DNA from: Antedon mediterranea
Taxonomy: Eukaryota > Animalia > Echinodermata
Length of the DNA stretch: 64,000 nucleotides
NCBI RefSeq assembly: GCF_964355755.1
Contig: NC_092673.1
Coordinates: forward strand, 13,302,948-13,366,947
Direction of reading: 5' to 3'
Below, piece by piece: positions 25,950 through 38,663 of this stretch (the stretch's first letter is position 1; every line of letters begins with the position of its first letter). A model generated the notes under the pieces. The model saw nothing but the letters and a program-made list of their open reading frames with translations, did no database searches and had not been told where the DNA came from. A program made the translations under genes and the position numbers.

Positions 25950-27989
25950 TTAGGTTGACTAGTTTGAGAATCGTCACTGGACACTTGTGGTATATATGTG
26001 TAAAATATATAAACTATAACTTTTAGGGACATGTTTTTTCCACATTACTACATTATCATATACTTTATTTTAAGAAGTGATATACAAATTGTCTTCATAT
26101 TTCTTGGATAAATATGTATTGGGAAATTTGTTTAAAATATTAATTGCAAATTATTCGCTTAAAAAGCACTACAATATAAAATATAAAGTAAATTGTGATT
26201 AATTAAAACTATTATTGGCAAATGACATAGTGTCCGACAAGTCAACCATAATAAGTAATAACTAATAAAGCTCTTGTTCTAATGAATATTATTATTATAA
26301 TAACAATTGATAAATAACATATTCAATTCCAGGTTAGATACCCACAGCAAAGACTACTAGTATACCTAAACTTGTTAGGAGAAATTCAAGAACAAGTTGA
26401 GACCATCAAGATGAACTGGAAGTAAGAAATCACATATTAACAACGAAAATGAGCTCACATATACAGTACATAAATTAACCATTGCATGCTATTAATATGA
26501 TTCATTGTGGGAAGTGAGCAAGAAAGTTGGGATGTATCAACATCTGTTCATTCCAAACAACAAGACAAGCCGGCATGAAAGTGCTCGTCCGCAATCAAAG
26601 AAAGCGGAACATAAAAGGCAAAAAAGTGTAATTTTACAGGATCGACCCTTTAAAGTTTTAGAAGTTAATGGCAATGTCTTGACCGTTAAAGATGAAAAGA
26701 GGGTTAAAGTCGTAAATTCAAAAGTAAGTTCACCCCAGTAATATATTAGGGCTGTCTAAAATATTAGGTATCCCCGTAAAGGATTGCACCCCCTATAATA
26801 ACAGTTAATTTACTATCTATTATAGGGGATGCAATATATTAGGACTGCCTATACCGTGACAGATTGTTTAGTGAATGTCATCTTTTTCCATTATGATAGC
26901 TATCAGACATACCAAAAATATCAACGTCGACGGAACAAAACCAGGCAGCAATAAAAGCGATGGTAAAAACCACAAAAGACCGGGTTTTAAAAAACATTCA
27001 ACAAAAACAATCAGCACAAGTCAGGAAGAGTATGAAGAAAATTGTTTATATACTGTTATATTGTGAGCTCACATACAGTACATAAATTAACCATTCATTG
27101 TTATTTTATTATTAGCAAATTTCTACAGATGAGATTCAACAAGGAAATTGTGGGAAGTGAGCAAGAAATTTGGGATGTATCAACATCTGTTCATTCCAAG
27201 CAACAAGACAGTTTGTCATGTGATGTATTTGTACTAAAGGTAGATATGAACAATTACGGTACAGTACATACATTCGTTATCAAACAAATCAACTTTTTCT
27301 AATTATATGCCGTGTATGTAACATAGTTACTGAAGATAATTGATTGAGCGAACAACTATTAAATACTTGGGGAAAGTGTACGTATAAGCGAGATGCACAA
27401 TATTCAATGTGATGAGGAAAGGAAGGCAACAAAAGGATAGTCTAATTCACTGTGTTCATATAACATGATTTAAATTTTTTTCTTTAATAACTAGGAATAG
27501 CTACAGAAATATAATTCAAGTGAAAAAACATATGTACACGTAAAAAAATGTGGATGAGTGGGAATTTTTGATATCTGCAAAATGTCACATCATTTAGAAA
27601 GTTGATCAGAAATTAATTTTGCGCATTTTCAAATTTTAAATACATGTTGGAAAGTTGGCCATTGATGTGAATTTGATGTGAATTTGATGTGAATTTGATC
27701 TATGATTTAATCTATGATCAATTATTGAAATTCACGAAATTTTAAGTCATGTTGCACAATTCCGACATTAAAATTAGGAGGTATACAACTTCATATAAAT
27801 GTCCATATGTTGACAAAGTTACGCAATATTATGTTTACGTTTTATAGATACGTGACCATCAAGAAGGAATAATAAATAACAAGGAGTTATCCGCCAAGTG
27901 CGGATAGCTAAAACAAGTTTTCATAATTACCAACAATCCATACTTCAATTAAATCCCTGGCCATTTATTAATAGATATGCAATTTTTTT

Positions 27990-28410
27990 GCAGATTGCGT
28001 GTGAAGAATGTAAGCCAGATAAGTGGTTTCACATAGAATGCACAGAAATCTGTCCATCATTTAGTATGAATCAAAAATATAAATGCAAAAGTTGCACACC
28101 TTTAAAAAAACACAACAAAAACCAGATAAATCTGAACCATTTGAACTTGTTTATTTATCAAACAGGATACAAAAATGAAAGGGATGTGGCAAGGAGTTTA
28201 TTACCTCTCTATATAACACTGTCATAAGACACAAAGAGTGAACCCCTTACTTTAACAAAGCAACGGGTCAAATGATTGGCACTGTCAAAATTGGCAAATG
28301 TATACTTCCATCCCAGTACAATGTGTGTGAGACTTTTTCATCCTGGTTTCAAGCCAAATCACTTGATAAATGCAAAGGAAACCATGTTAACAAATGTCCA
28401 AAGGAAAGGT
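27990..28410 (+). pseudogene. PHD-finger exon remnant
   Basis: After a cag acceptor: IACEECKPDKWFHIECTEI....KYKCKSC (C-terminal part of a C4HC3 finger). Confidence 0.6.
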
Positions 28411-29451
28411 TTTAATTTAACTTAAATCAAGTTAAATATTTGTATAGTAAAGATAGTAAAACACACTTTTTAAAGAACTTTTAGGTTGAAAATATAAATT
28501 GGTAGCACCAATTTATTTAAGTAATATTTATCCTGTTTTATATATCTTTTAACAAAAGTATTGAAACACATTTTTTAAAGAACTTTTAGGTTGAAATTAC
28601 TATGAATTATTTAACCTGTTTTATATATCTTTCAACAATTATAAAAATTATAATAGATGCGCTAATGTAAATTAAGTCTTAGATACGTAAAGAGAGATAT
28701 ATAGCATAGGGGATCTACTCGAGATGTTGTTGGAAATAGTTACGCGGATTTGTGTGTCCTGATGTAGGCCTCTGCTCGTACCACCCACAGACGCGAGACG
28801 AACGGAGTGGGGGCCGTCCGTGTAGCTAAAAGAAGACTGCCGATATAGGGGATGATACTAAAAACGATCTTAAAGTGGAGATGCTCTCAAAAAATTTCAC
28901 ATTTTTATTTTATTCAGTTCATAATAAACATTACTTTCATCTAAATTAAGGTATTTTTTAAATTTGTTGTATGATGCATGGTTATTCTGAAAAACATCAA
29001 AAAATGCCATCTGGGGGGATAGTTCAAATTACAAACCTTTTTCCCTATTCATTTGCATGTAAATTGAAAAAAAACGATGCGTTTTAAAAAAATCGTAAAA
29101 AATATATGTAAGTTCCAAAAATATTATACATATATGTTTTCAGATTCTTCGGAAGCCAAATTTTTCATTCCCGATGTGTTTTTTAGGGGTTGACCAATTT
29201 ATTTTTGCGTAATTAACGTAATTAAAAAAACTACCCACTTGAGCCAAGTGGGTAATTTTTACTTTCAATCAATTTGCGCTTGCGCGAGCTGTTGGCTTTC
29301 TTTACTCGCCTCTCCTCGCCGCCTCCGCCGATCCTCCTCGCGCTCGACTCGATCGATCTCTTCTCGACTCGATAAACTAGGATACGAATAATAAGTCTAA
29401 GATTAAGATTGTTTTGCGTGGTTATTGCGTGGATAGACGGATCAAACGGCA

Positions 29452-30277
29452 ATGTTTAATCGTAGGCCTAGACCTGAAAGACATGGTTATGCATTTGAAC
29501 CAGAACCTAGGCCCATACAAACATCTCAAACTGCCGACGGCGAAGATGTAAATCAGCCTAGGCCCCAGCAACAGAGAGACGAATGGAGATTAACCTCGCT
29601 TGATTGGTGTCATTGTGGAAATTGCCGTTTACTGAAGAATGTAAAGGGGAGCGTTTGTTGTAGAGTGAGGGTAGAATTAGAAGACAAAATTGGAGAAAAT
29701 ACCTGCTTGATAAATGAGAAATTTAAAAAACTTTGCATGGACAAGGATGTATTAGAGCTGGTTTATGTCTCAAAAAAGGACATTCTTGGCGAGAGCGTGA
29801 CACAAGATGAAATTAAGAACAGGTAGGTACGCCGGCCTAGCTAGTAATAATTGTATGTAGGCCTAGTACGGCCGCTCGATAGGGCTTAAAAATCTAAAAT
29901 TTCCGAGCAAAATATCAGTCTTTATTTGCAGTGCAAAATTTAACGATTTGCAGGGGTCATAAAAATACATTTAATGCAATTTAATTCAATGTTAATACTC
30001 TCCTTCCACTGTGGCTGTGTACTGCATATTGTGTGTTCCTGTCCAGTTGTATTTTGACCAACTGCTGACTGTAAATTTATTTATTTTCAGAACTTATCGA
30101 TTTATCGCATACAGATGCTACATTTGGTGGGTGTATTCGCGACTAAGAAAAAACGACAGAAGGCCTATTCCATCATGCTGCGTATGGGCAATTAGAGACA
30201 AATATCCGGAGGATAGTGGGATCTATACAGGATTTATAGATGTGGATGGACTTCCTTTTAATTCCGACGATGGTTGA
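29452..30277 (+). CDS. KolX / P2X7 cytoplasmic ballast-like Cys-rich protein; exons 29452-29822 and 30091-30277, 185 aa, intact
   Basis: YAFEP, WCHCGNC..CC, RFIAYRCYIWWVYSRLRKNDRRPIPSCCVWAIRDKYP..GIYTGF; phase-2 GT-AG intron joins in frame (AG|A). Confidence 0.85.
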
Positions 30278-30309
30278 TATAAATGTTTGTATGCATTTAA
30301 CACTTGCCT

Positions 30310-30376
30310 CTAGTACTTTATAACCTGTACCTCTATGTGACTTGTTATGGCACTTATATACCATACAGTGCTTCAT
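30310..30376 (-). pseudogene. THAP-like N-terminal stub of the deleted transposase
   Basis: MKHCMVYKCHNKS fits the THAP start MxxCxVxxCxN; convergent on KolX as in complete Kolobok elements. Confidence 0.55.
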
Positions 30377-31107
30377 TTTGAAGCTAAGAGTAGACGCAAA
30401 AAGTAATAACAAAATGCAAGACAATAATAAAATGTTCGTTCGATCGGATGTGTGATGAGAGGAAAATGATACACGTGTAGTAGCGCGACTTGACAGCTCG
30501 AGCGATATCGAGGAGAGAGAGAGGAGACGTGACGTAACATAACACGGTAACGTGACCTTTACAAAAAAAAAATACACAGCGATTTTTCGATATTTTTAAA
30601 CATTTTTTTATTTTTCTGATTTCTCAGAAACTGTTTATTTTGATATGATTTTTTATGTTTGTACCTACTAATATTAATATACTGGAGTAAATAACACCTC
30701 CACTTTAAATTTACTGTAATTTCAGCTTACTCTGACTAGGCGTGAAAAGACAAAATTCGGATATTATTCATTTTTTTAAATAAATTAAGCACAAAAAATA
30801 GGCCTACTAGCCTATATACTGCCTAATAAAAGGCTAGGCAGCCGCTACCCGACTGGGGCATGGTCTAGATCTAATAGATATACACACACCTATGCACTAA
30901 TCTTAATAACCCCGGAATGTTTATATAATTAATATAAGAGTAGCCAGACTTTTTTAGTATCTAGGCCTAGTTAATTATAACTTATGTAGTAAATAGTAGT
31001 AGCCTAGGCCTACTGTATACTACTGTAATACTATTTATTTATTTTTGTGTAAACTACAGATTATTAATGTATTTGATATCTATTTCATTTACCTTCAATA
31101 TCTTATA

Positions 31108-31950
31108 TTATATAACACCTAAATAAATTCCTGTCATTTGATTGGACGATTGTGGGTCACATGGCGTGCAATAGTACGCTCTATTAAACGATCGTTTAAT
31201 AGTACTTTTTGAAACATTTTTGTGTATGAAAAAAAAACCTTTCGCGGATAAAAAAAAATCTAGTACACAAATTACCCTATGATACGGCTCTGTACTGTGA
31301 AATACAACAGCGCCACCTGTCGTCTGGTCTCGGTTTTATTTGTAAACACCACCGCGAGATATGCAACAGCAGCAGATATTTGTGTACGATTTGGACATAT
31401 ATGTACTAATTTCATTCAAAAAGGCATTTAAATTAGCTTTAGATCGTTTTTAGGATTTTGATTAATTAACGGGGACATCTCTACAAGACGTGGAATTGTT
31501 GGAAAACCCATAATTAGCCAAGATAAGTTCCAATTGTCTGTCAAAGTTTTGCCTTTCAGCCAAGCTGGTACTAGGCTACTAGGTCTAGCCTGGGCCATGC
31601 TAGTATTAGGCTAGGCGTTTTAGCCTTGCTAGGCCTAAGACATAATTAACACTAAAGTAGGTGTGTTTATAAATCCATATAAATATAACATTTAATATAA
31701 TATTAAAAACCAAATGATACTGTTTTTAATTAATCAATGTGAATGAAATGTAGGCCTTTGGCTAGGGCTACCTTACCTTATTTGATTCAAATGACAGGAA
31801 TCTATTTAGATGTTATATAAAACAAATAATGAATGTTTTATATTCGTGTAATGGTACAAATATATATCAACTCGGCTGTTGCCTCGTTCATCATTTACCT
31901 CATGCCATTATTTGTACCATTACACTCATAAACATTCATTATTTGTATAC
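31108..31950. mobile_element. Non-autonomous element with two inverted-repeat pairs (A..A'BB'), possibly Crypton-like
   Basis: 31108-31141 is inverted at 31787-31820 (2 mismatches); 31822-31861 is inverted at 31910-31946. Confidence 0.55.
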
Positions 31951-32055
31951 TATTAAACAGAGAAACCAATTTGATGAGAAGAGTTATAAATCTGTATCAA
32001 TCAGACAGAAAGGTATGTTTAGTTACACTTTTCACAATTCCAAACTGACAGGTAA

Positions 32056-35000
32056 TAGCAGGGTTGCTAACTTCCATTTTTTATGAAGATTGTGCATTTT
32101 GTGACAAAAGCACCAAATTTGGCACAAACCTTCTTTAGGGTATATCTAACAATTCTAGAAGGGGTGCCCAAAAATCGGAACAATTTAACGACGTCATTTG
32201 GACCACGCCCTTTTTTTAGTATTACGTAATTAGGTGAAAACTTAAATCTTCGTATATACATACCAAGTTTGGTATCAAATTAAAACTCATGACATGTACA
32301 TTGCAATACACACATAAAAAACATATGATTTCTCTTCAGACGGAATATATAGGTCAAATAATGTAATTTTCTGTCATATTGAAAGGGATTTCAATCAAAA
32401 CACGCCAATATTGGGCTATGTTATGAACATTGTAGTTATAAGAACAACAACATTCATTTTTGTAATACAACTACTAATATATATTTATCCTGTATCAGTT
32501 ACTTTCCTTTAACATAATATTAGGAACCACTGAAAAAAAGTATATAAAACATATACTGTATCAAACTTGGCTCAATAATCACTGGACTAAGTAAACAGAC
32601 AAAAGACCATTTGACTGACAATTATGGCGTTAGCATCCATAGCAATACATGGAGGTGATTATCAACTTTACTTTTATGAAATTATTTATCTGGAAACTAA
32701 CACTTATAATGGTACAGAGTTGCTAGATGACGAACAGGTTCCACGGCATGGATAACAAAGACCAGTGCAAGAAAGACCTGCTGAACGGTACTTGCAGTTC
32801 CCTGAGCAATGCAGGCAACCAATTCCTCGATAATTGTTCAGAACTTCTGGTCTTGGATGCTCGAGATTGTGCCAATGAAAGTGCAGTAGTGACAGTTCGT
32901 ACAATTCAGGATGTAGGTACTACCCAGTACCATAAATATTTCAAGGAAGTTATTCTCGACAGAAGTGTTGCAATTATTCAACAAGCCATCAAACACCATG
33001 GTCAAAATCAGTGTCCAAAACAAAGCGACTGTATATTGCAAGTCAATCTCGTGATGGAGATTTGGAAGACTTCTTCATGCACGAAAACCAGCCATGGCCA
33101 CCCTCTTTGGCAGTAAATGGAAAGCTTCGACTACCAACTAAGAAGTCTGAGTTGCTACAGCATTTGGAGACTGAAGGCCAGCCTGAACCTCCTACATATT
33201 TTGATGTAAAGGTGTTTGATGGAGCTGCTATTGTCCATGCTCTTTCCAGCAACCATGCATTTACATTTGATGACTACGGTGATAAGGTGAGTACATTTCT
33301 TTGCATTCAGGATTGTATCTATTGTTTAACCACCATATAATTGGTCACTTCTATATGCGGATAGTTATTCTTGTATCATTTGTATGACAGGTCTTTCTAC
33401 CGTGGACCAGACAGCAGCTGCAGAATAGTAACAGAATTGATATAGTGTGGGACACTTACAGAACAGATAGTCTTAAGCAGTCTACAGGAGAAAAAAGAGG
33501 AAAAGGGGTCAGGAGGAAAGTTGGGGGACAAACAAAGATTCCAGGGAATTTTCCAGACTTTCTGAAAGATCCAGTAAATAAAGAGGAGTTATTTAACTTT
33601 TTAACTACAAAGGTGTCTACCCATGATTAGTCTGACTGCATCAGGTAAGTTTTATTATGATACATACTAATTTGTTTTGTTTGTAACCAAACGATTAATT
33701 TACTTATACAGTTTCATACCAATAATTAATTAAAAAGGCATATTAAATAGTAAGTAATTCTTGATATATGTCCTGTAGGCGAGTCTTTTGTATGTTGACA
33801 TCTACTCAACCTATGTCAATCTGCGACCATGAAGAGGCCGACTCCAAGATGTGCATTCACATTGATGATGCCTTAAAGAAAGGTAGCAGGGCTATTTTGG
33901 TGCGTACAGTTGATACTGATGTCATTGTTATCCTGGTTGGTATTTTCTGCAATCTAATAGCCTGTTATCCTGGTACGTGTATCTGGGTCGCATTTGGCAT
34001 GGGTAAGCACTTCCAATATTTTAATATAAATACCATCTGCCATAACCTAGGAGAGGATAAGTCAAGAGGGCTGCCAGTATTTCATGCATTTACTGGGTCC
34101 GATACTACATCCCAGTTCTTCGGAAAAGCAAAACACTCCGCATGGGAGACGTGGAACTCATTTCCAGCAGTTACAGAAGCCTTTCTTTTCATGGCACATC
34201 ACCCTTTCAAATCTCTAGGAGTCAACTCATCTCAATTCCAGTTGCTAGAGGAGTTTACATGTCATCTATACGACAAGACAAGTACTTTAAGAAGTGTTAC
34301 TAAGCTAAGACAAGATCTTTTTTCAAGAAAGGCACGGACAATGGACAACATTCCTCCTACACAGGTAAGGGGAGCTTCCATATAATTGTCAATTGTCGTT
34401 TAATAATTTATTATCAGGTTCATGTTTTTCTTTCATTAAAAGGTAACACCAATCTTTAAATTGTTTATTGCAGGATGCACTTTTACAGCATTCCAACAGA
34501 TCCATATACCAAGCAAGCATTTGGACCACCAGTCTACAGCCACAGCAGAATGCTCCATCACCAGAAGACTTTGGTTTGACTAAAACTGGCAGTACATGGA
34601 CACCAGTCTGGACCATACTACCTGAAGCATCCAAGGCATGTAGGGAATTGCTAAAGTGTGGCTGCAAAAAGTTGCCTTTTTGTTCAGGGAACTGCAAGTG
34701 CTGTTCAGCAGTGCACTGGTCTTGTTACCCATGCCGTGGAACTTGTTCGTCATCTAGCAACTCTGTACCTAAGTGTTTGTTTCCAGATAAATAATTTCAT
34801 AAAAGTAAAGTTGATTATCACCTCCATGTATTGTTATGGATGCTAACGCCATAATTGTCAGTCAAATAGTCTTTTGTCGGTTTACTAATAGTCCAGTGGT
34901 TATTGAGCCCAAGTTTGATACAGTATATGTTTTATATACTTTTTTTCAGTGGTTCCTAATATTATTTTAAAGGAAAGTAACTGGTACAGGATAAATATAT

Positions 35001-35410
35001 ATTCGTACTATTACAAAAATGAATGTTGTTGTTCTTATAACTACAATGTTCATAACATAGCACAATATTGGCACGTTTTGATTGAAATACCCTTCAATAT
35101 GACAGAAAATTACATTATTTGACCTATATATTCCGTCTGAAGAGAAATCATATATTTTTTATGTGTGTATTGCAATGTACATGTCATGAGTTTTAATTTG
35201 ATACCAAACTTGGTATGTATATACGAAGATTTAAGTTTTCATCTAATTACGTAATACTAAAAAAAGGGCGTGGTCCAAATGACGTCGTTAAATTGTTCCG
35301 ATTTTTGGGCACCCCTTCTAGGATTGTTAGATATACCCTAAAGAAGGTTTGTGCCAAATTTGGTGCTTTTGTCACAAAGTGCACAAAAAAAGTGCTAAGT
35401 TACCCTGCTA
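32056..35410 (+). mobile_element. Academ (AcademX) derivative with long inverted arms
   Basis: TAGCAGGG...CCCTGCTA termini; 3-bp TSD TAA; arms 32056-32805 / 34684-35410. Confidence 0.9.
32806..34794 (+). pseudogene. Academ protein C-terminal part: XPG/FEN-like nuclease plus Cys-rich CXC domain
   Basis: FFMHENQPWPPSL, VFDGAAIVH, WDTYRTDSLK, HEEADSKMCIH, RTVDTDV, FHAFTGSDTTSQFFGK, CGCKK..CSGNCKC; GT-AG introns; stop at 33630; transposase portion missing. Confidence 0.85.
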
Positions 35411-36049
35411 TAAAACTAGATAATAAATAAAATAGTGACCATCAACAGTTTCTGGTTTTTTGGTTTTTAAAATAGTAATAACAAATATCTCTTGTAATTA
35501 CTTACAGTGTACAAATTGGTTTTGTATAATGGAATAATTATAATAGTATTAGTATCAGTAAACCTATTGCTTGAGCTTTCCATCTCTTGTAATTGCAGTG
35601 TACATATGTGATAATGTGAGATGAATGTTAAATAAGGATTGAATGTTATATAAATTTTGTTTGAAAATACAAATCAATCTGTTTACTTTTATTGAATTAT
35701 CAAAATTGTACTTTTTTTTCAGGTAATGCTGTTCATTATAAGATACATACATGCATGATCAAAACAGTTCCTTGACCATGGTTTCAGTGAACTATTGGCA
35801 AGTTATTTAGTTTATTATGGTGATGTAGTGTTGACTGTACATACTTTATTGTAAAGTGTATAAATAATTAATGTTTATGAATTGAATGAATATTTCAGAA
35901 TGATTGACTTATATTTAACAGGGCAGAGAGTCAAATAGAAAATAGTAAATCTTTAAATGAATGAAATATTCTCTCCACTTTATGAAAAAATACATTCATT
36001 ATTATTAAACATTTATTCAATATATGTCTAATTATTGTACTTATTATTT

Positions 36050-36580
36050 GAGCTTCCCATCACCGATATTTATAACGGCGACAAGACGGGTCTATTTTGG
36101 CAAATGCTTCCAGAAAAATCATTGCGATTTATTGTGAAAGAAAATCACTGAGGAAATCAAGCTAAAACTTGAATAACTGTCCTTGTTGCTGCTAATATGG
36201 ATGGCTCCGACAAGCTGCCATTATTTGTAAACAGTAAGAGTAAAAACCTGAGAGCCTTCAAAAACATTAAAAAGTTACCCGTGGAATATGCAAATAACAA
36301 AAAAGCGTGGATGACGGGTGTGCTTCTTGAGAATTGGCTAAATAAATTGAACAATAAAATGAGAAGGGACAGTCGAAAGATTGTCATGGTAGTGGACAAT
36401 TGTACGGCACACCAAAAATCGATCTAACCCTCGTAGAGCTGGTGTTTTTACTGCCAAACACAAATAGCATTACGCAACCTATGGACGGCGGCATAATAAG
36501 AAACCTTAAACATCTTGGCTACTCGCAGGTTGGCTGAAGATGAGTTCAAGTGGACGTTTTTAGTGCTTGGCAAAATGTCC
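36050..36580 (+). pseudogene. Tigger/pogo DDE transposase fragment
   Basis: IYNGDKTGLFW, ANMDGSDKLPL, YANNKKAWMT, VVDNCTAH, LPNT..QPMDGGIIRNLK. Confidence 0.85.
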
Positions 36581-38663
36581 CCCTACAAACTGTAAACAGA
36601 TGTGATATTTCTAACCACAGTATCCTGTGTATAACCACAATGAATATTACTAATCATTTTATACTAGTAGATTAGAATACTTTTTGTTTAGTTACTTTCA
36701 CTTGTACATTGAATATCGAACAATAAAGATCATATTAGTATTAGCATGGAGGAAAAAATAAAAGGAGATCTCTCAAACCTCTGATCAAACACTTATGTGA
36801 GATACCGCGCTAGAAACATAAACTATCTTATCTTTCTGGAATAAACAAGCAGATCGTATTAATCCCTTGTTTGCGCATGTTCATACGATACAGTGACGTC
36901 ATATTTACTTCTCGACACTCGCTCGAGTTCGTTTTGTTATTTACCCGGTTTTTTTTAAATGCTGTCTATCGGTGATCTGAACGACGCGTTACGAAGTTAT
37001 GGCGAGAGTTAGCGAAGAAGAAGAGATAGAGAATGATTTTTTTTTGTTTTTTTAAAGAAGAATTTGATGTTGATGATTTGCCAGAAGTTATTTTTGATTT
37101 CGAAGAGGAGGAAGATCATAATATAAGCGATGAAAATACAAGACCTGGTGCTGCTAAGCTAGGCCAACAAAGTAGCCTTCCACCGCCATCAACGTTAACG
37201 CCTACAAAAACAAACAAAGTTCGGTCGGCGCCAAGGAGTGGTGGTATGTTATTTATAATTGCTGATCAGCCCCAATCAATAGTATATCACAAAGATAATT
37301 TAATTTTTTTCTGGGCTGTTTTAAAATTACAAAAAGTTATTTAGATATAATTACTAGCCTACTACTACTACTAGCCTAGGCCTAAATATCTACTATAATA
37401 GGCCTATATGGGCCAGGCGGATTTCCCGGCTAGCTAGGCTAACTACCTAGCTAGTAGGCCTAGTAGACTAGGCTAGTAGTATAGTAAGTAGTATTTTTTC
37501 CTCCATGGTACTATTAGTATATTATTCAGTGATGGTACCTAGATTTGGCTGAATTAGGGGACAAAGACAAAACAGTCCCAAAACAATTAAGCAACAATTA
37601 TTATTGTGGTTGAACCAATGGATTTTAAAAAAAATTCTTTTCTACAGGTTGCTCCAAAATTGTGAAAACGAAATCTTCTAAGAAAAAGACTGAAAAGGAA
37701 ACACAACAAAAACAAGGTAAGGCATTTTAAATGTCTTTTTAAAATTAAATGTTATTGGAATGTATTTATTATTATAACAGTACAAAGAGTAATAATTATT
37801 GCTTTGCTTTCAGCGGTTGTTCGACCAAAGGTGATATTTGACAAGGATGCAGCAGTTGGTAAAGCTACATCTTTTGAATCTGCGCTGAGAGAACTAATTC
37901 ACCATCCTACTGTATGTACAACAGTGGATTTCCAATGGCGTTGGCTGCTCTTGAACTGGCAAAGTCATTACTTGATGATATTGATTCCGAATTGGTTAAA
38001 AGTTTTTCAAAGAAGCTACTGGTTGACATTTGGGCTATTGTCATCGCAGGCGATAAAAAAAAATTAAAGCCAGAAGCATATGAAATGGTTTACATTCAAT
38101 TTCACAAATACATTATTTCTGCCTCTGCCAAACAGCAATGGATAGATCTTGTCAACTTTGTTAACATTGGAAACCCAAATAATCATGCCCATCACTTTTT
38201 GTTAAGGAAAATTTAAAAGATGTAATGAGTGAAAGAAACAAAGTGGATTTACCGGAAAAGGAGGAAGAAGACAGCAGCCCTGTAAATAAACATTTGGAAG
38301 AAGTACTTCGCTATACTGCTGGATATGTGCCTTTTGCCCTCCACAAGAGTTATAGCAAATTAAAGCCCCATTCCCTACGTTTTTTGAGATCTAATTTAAG
38401 ATCACAAACTATATTTAATGTAAAAATAATACTATATGGTCATATTGCGATAACTTTTTTCGTCTTTAAACGGTTAAAAATGTGAAAAATAAGTCGATTT
38501 TAATAATTATAGCGGCCCGCTATAAATCCCAAAATGCTTTGCGCGCGGATTGATATTTCGTTTTGGTAACTGTGATACGCCACATGAGATTGGAATTCCC
38601 ATCTGGAAAAACGTAGCGATGATGAGAATGATCGGCGATTCGCGATGAGAAGAGAACACAACA

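Larger units (their letters stand above)
28874..30704. mobile_element. Internally deleted Kolobok transposon retaining KolX
   Basis: TTAA|AGTGGAGATG...CACCTCCACT|TTAA (9/10 TIR match; TTAA at 28870-28873 and 30705-30708). Confidence 0.85.

Noticed and set aside
29452-30277. Host P2X7 receptor gene
   Set aside because: Only the ballast-like domain is present, there is no channel domain, and it lies inside Kolobok TIRs
32067-35430. Identical 64/71-aa ORFs (MYIRRFKF...) as genes
   Set aside because: They are mirror artefacts of the Academ inverted arms
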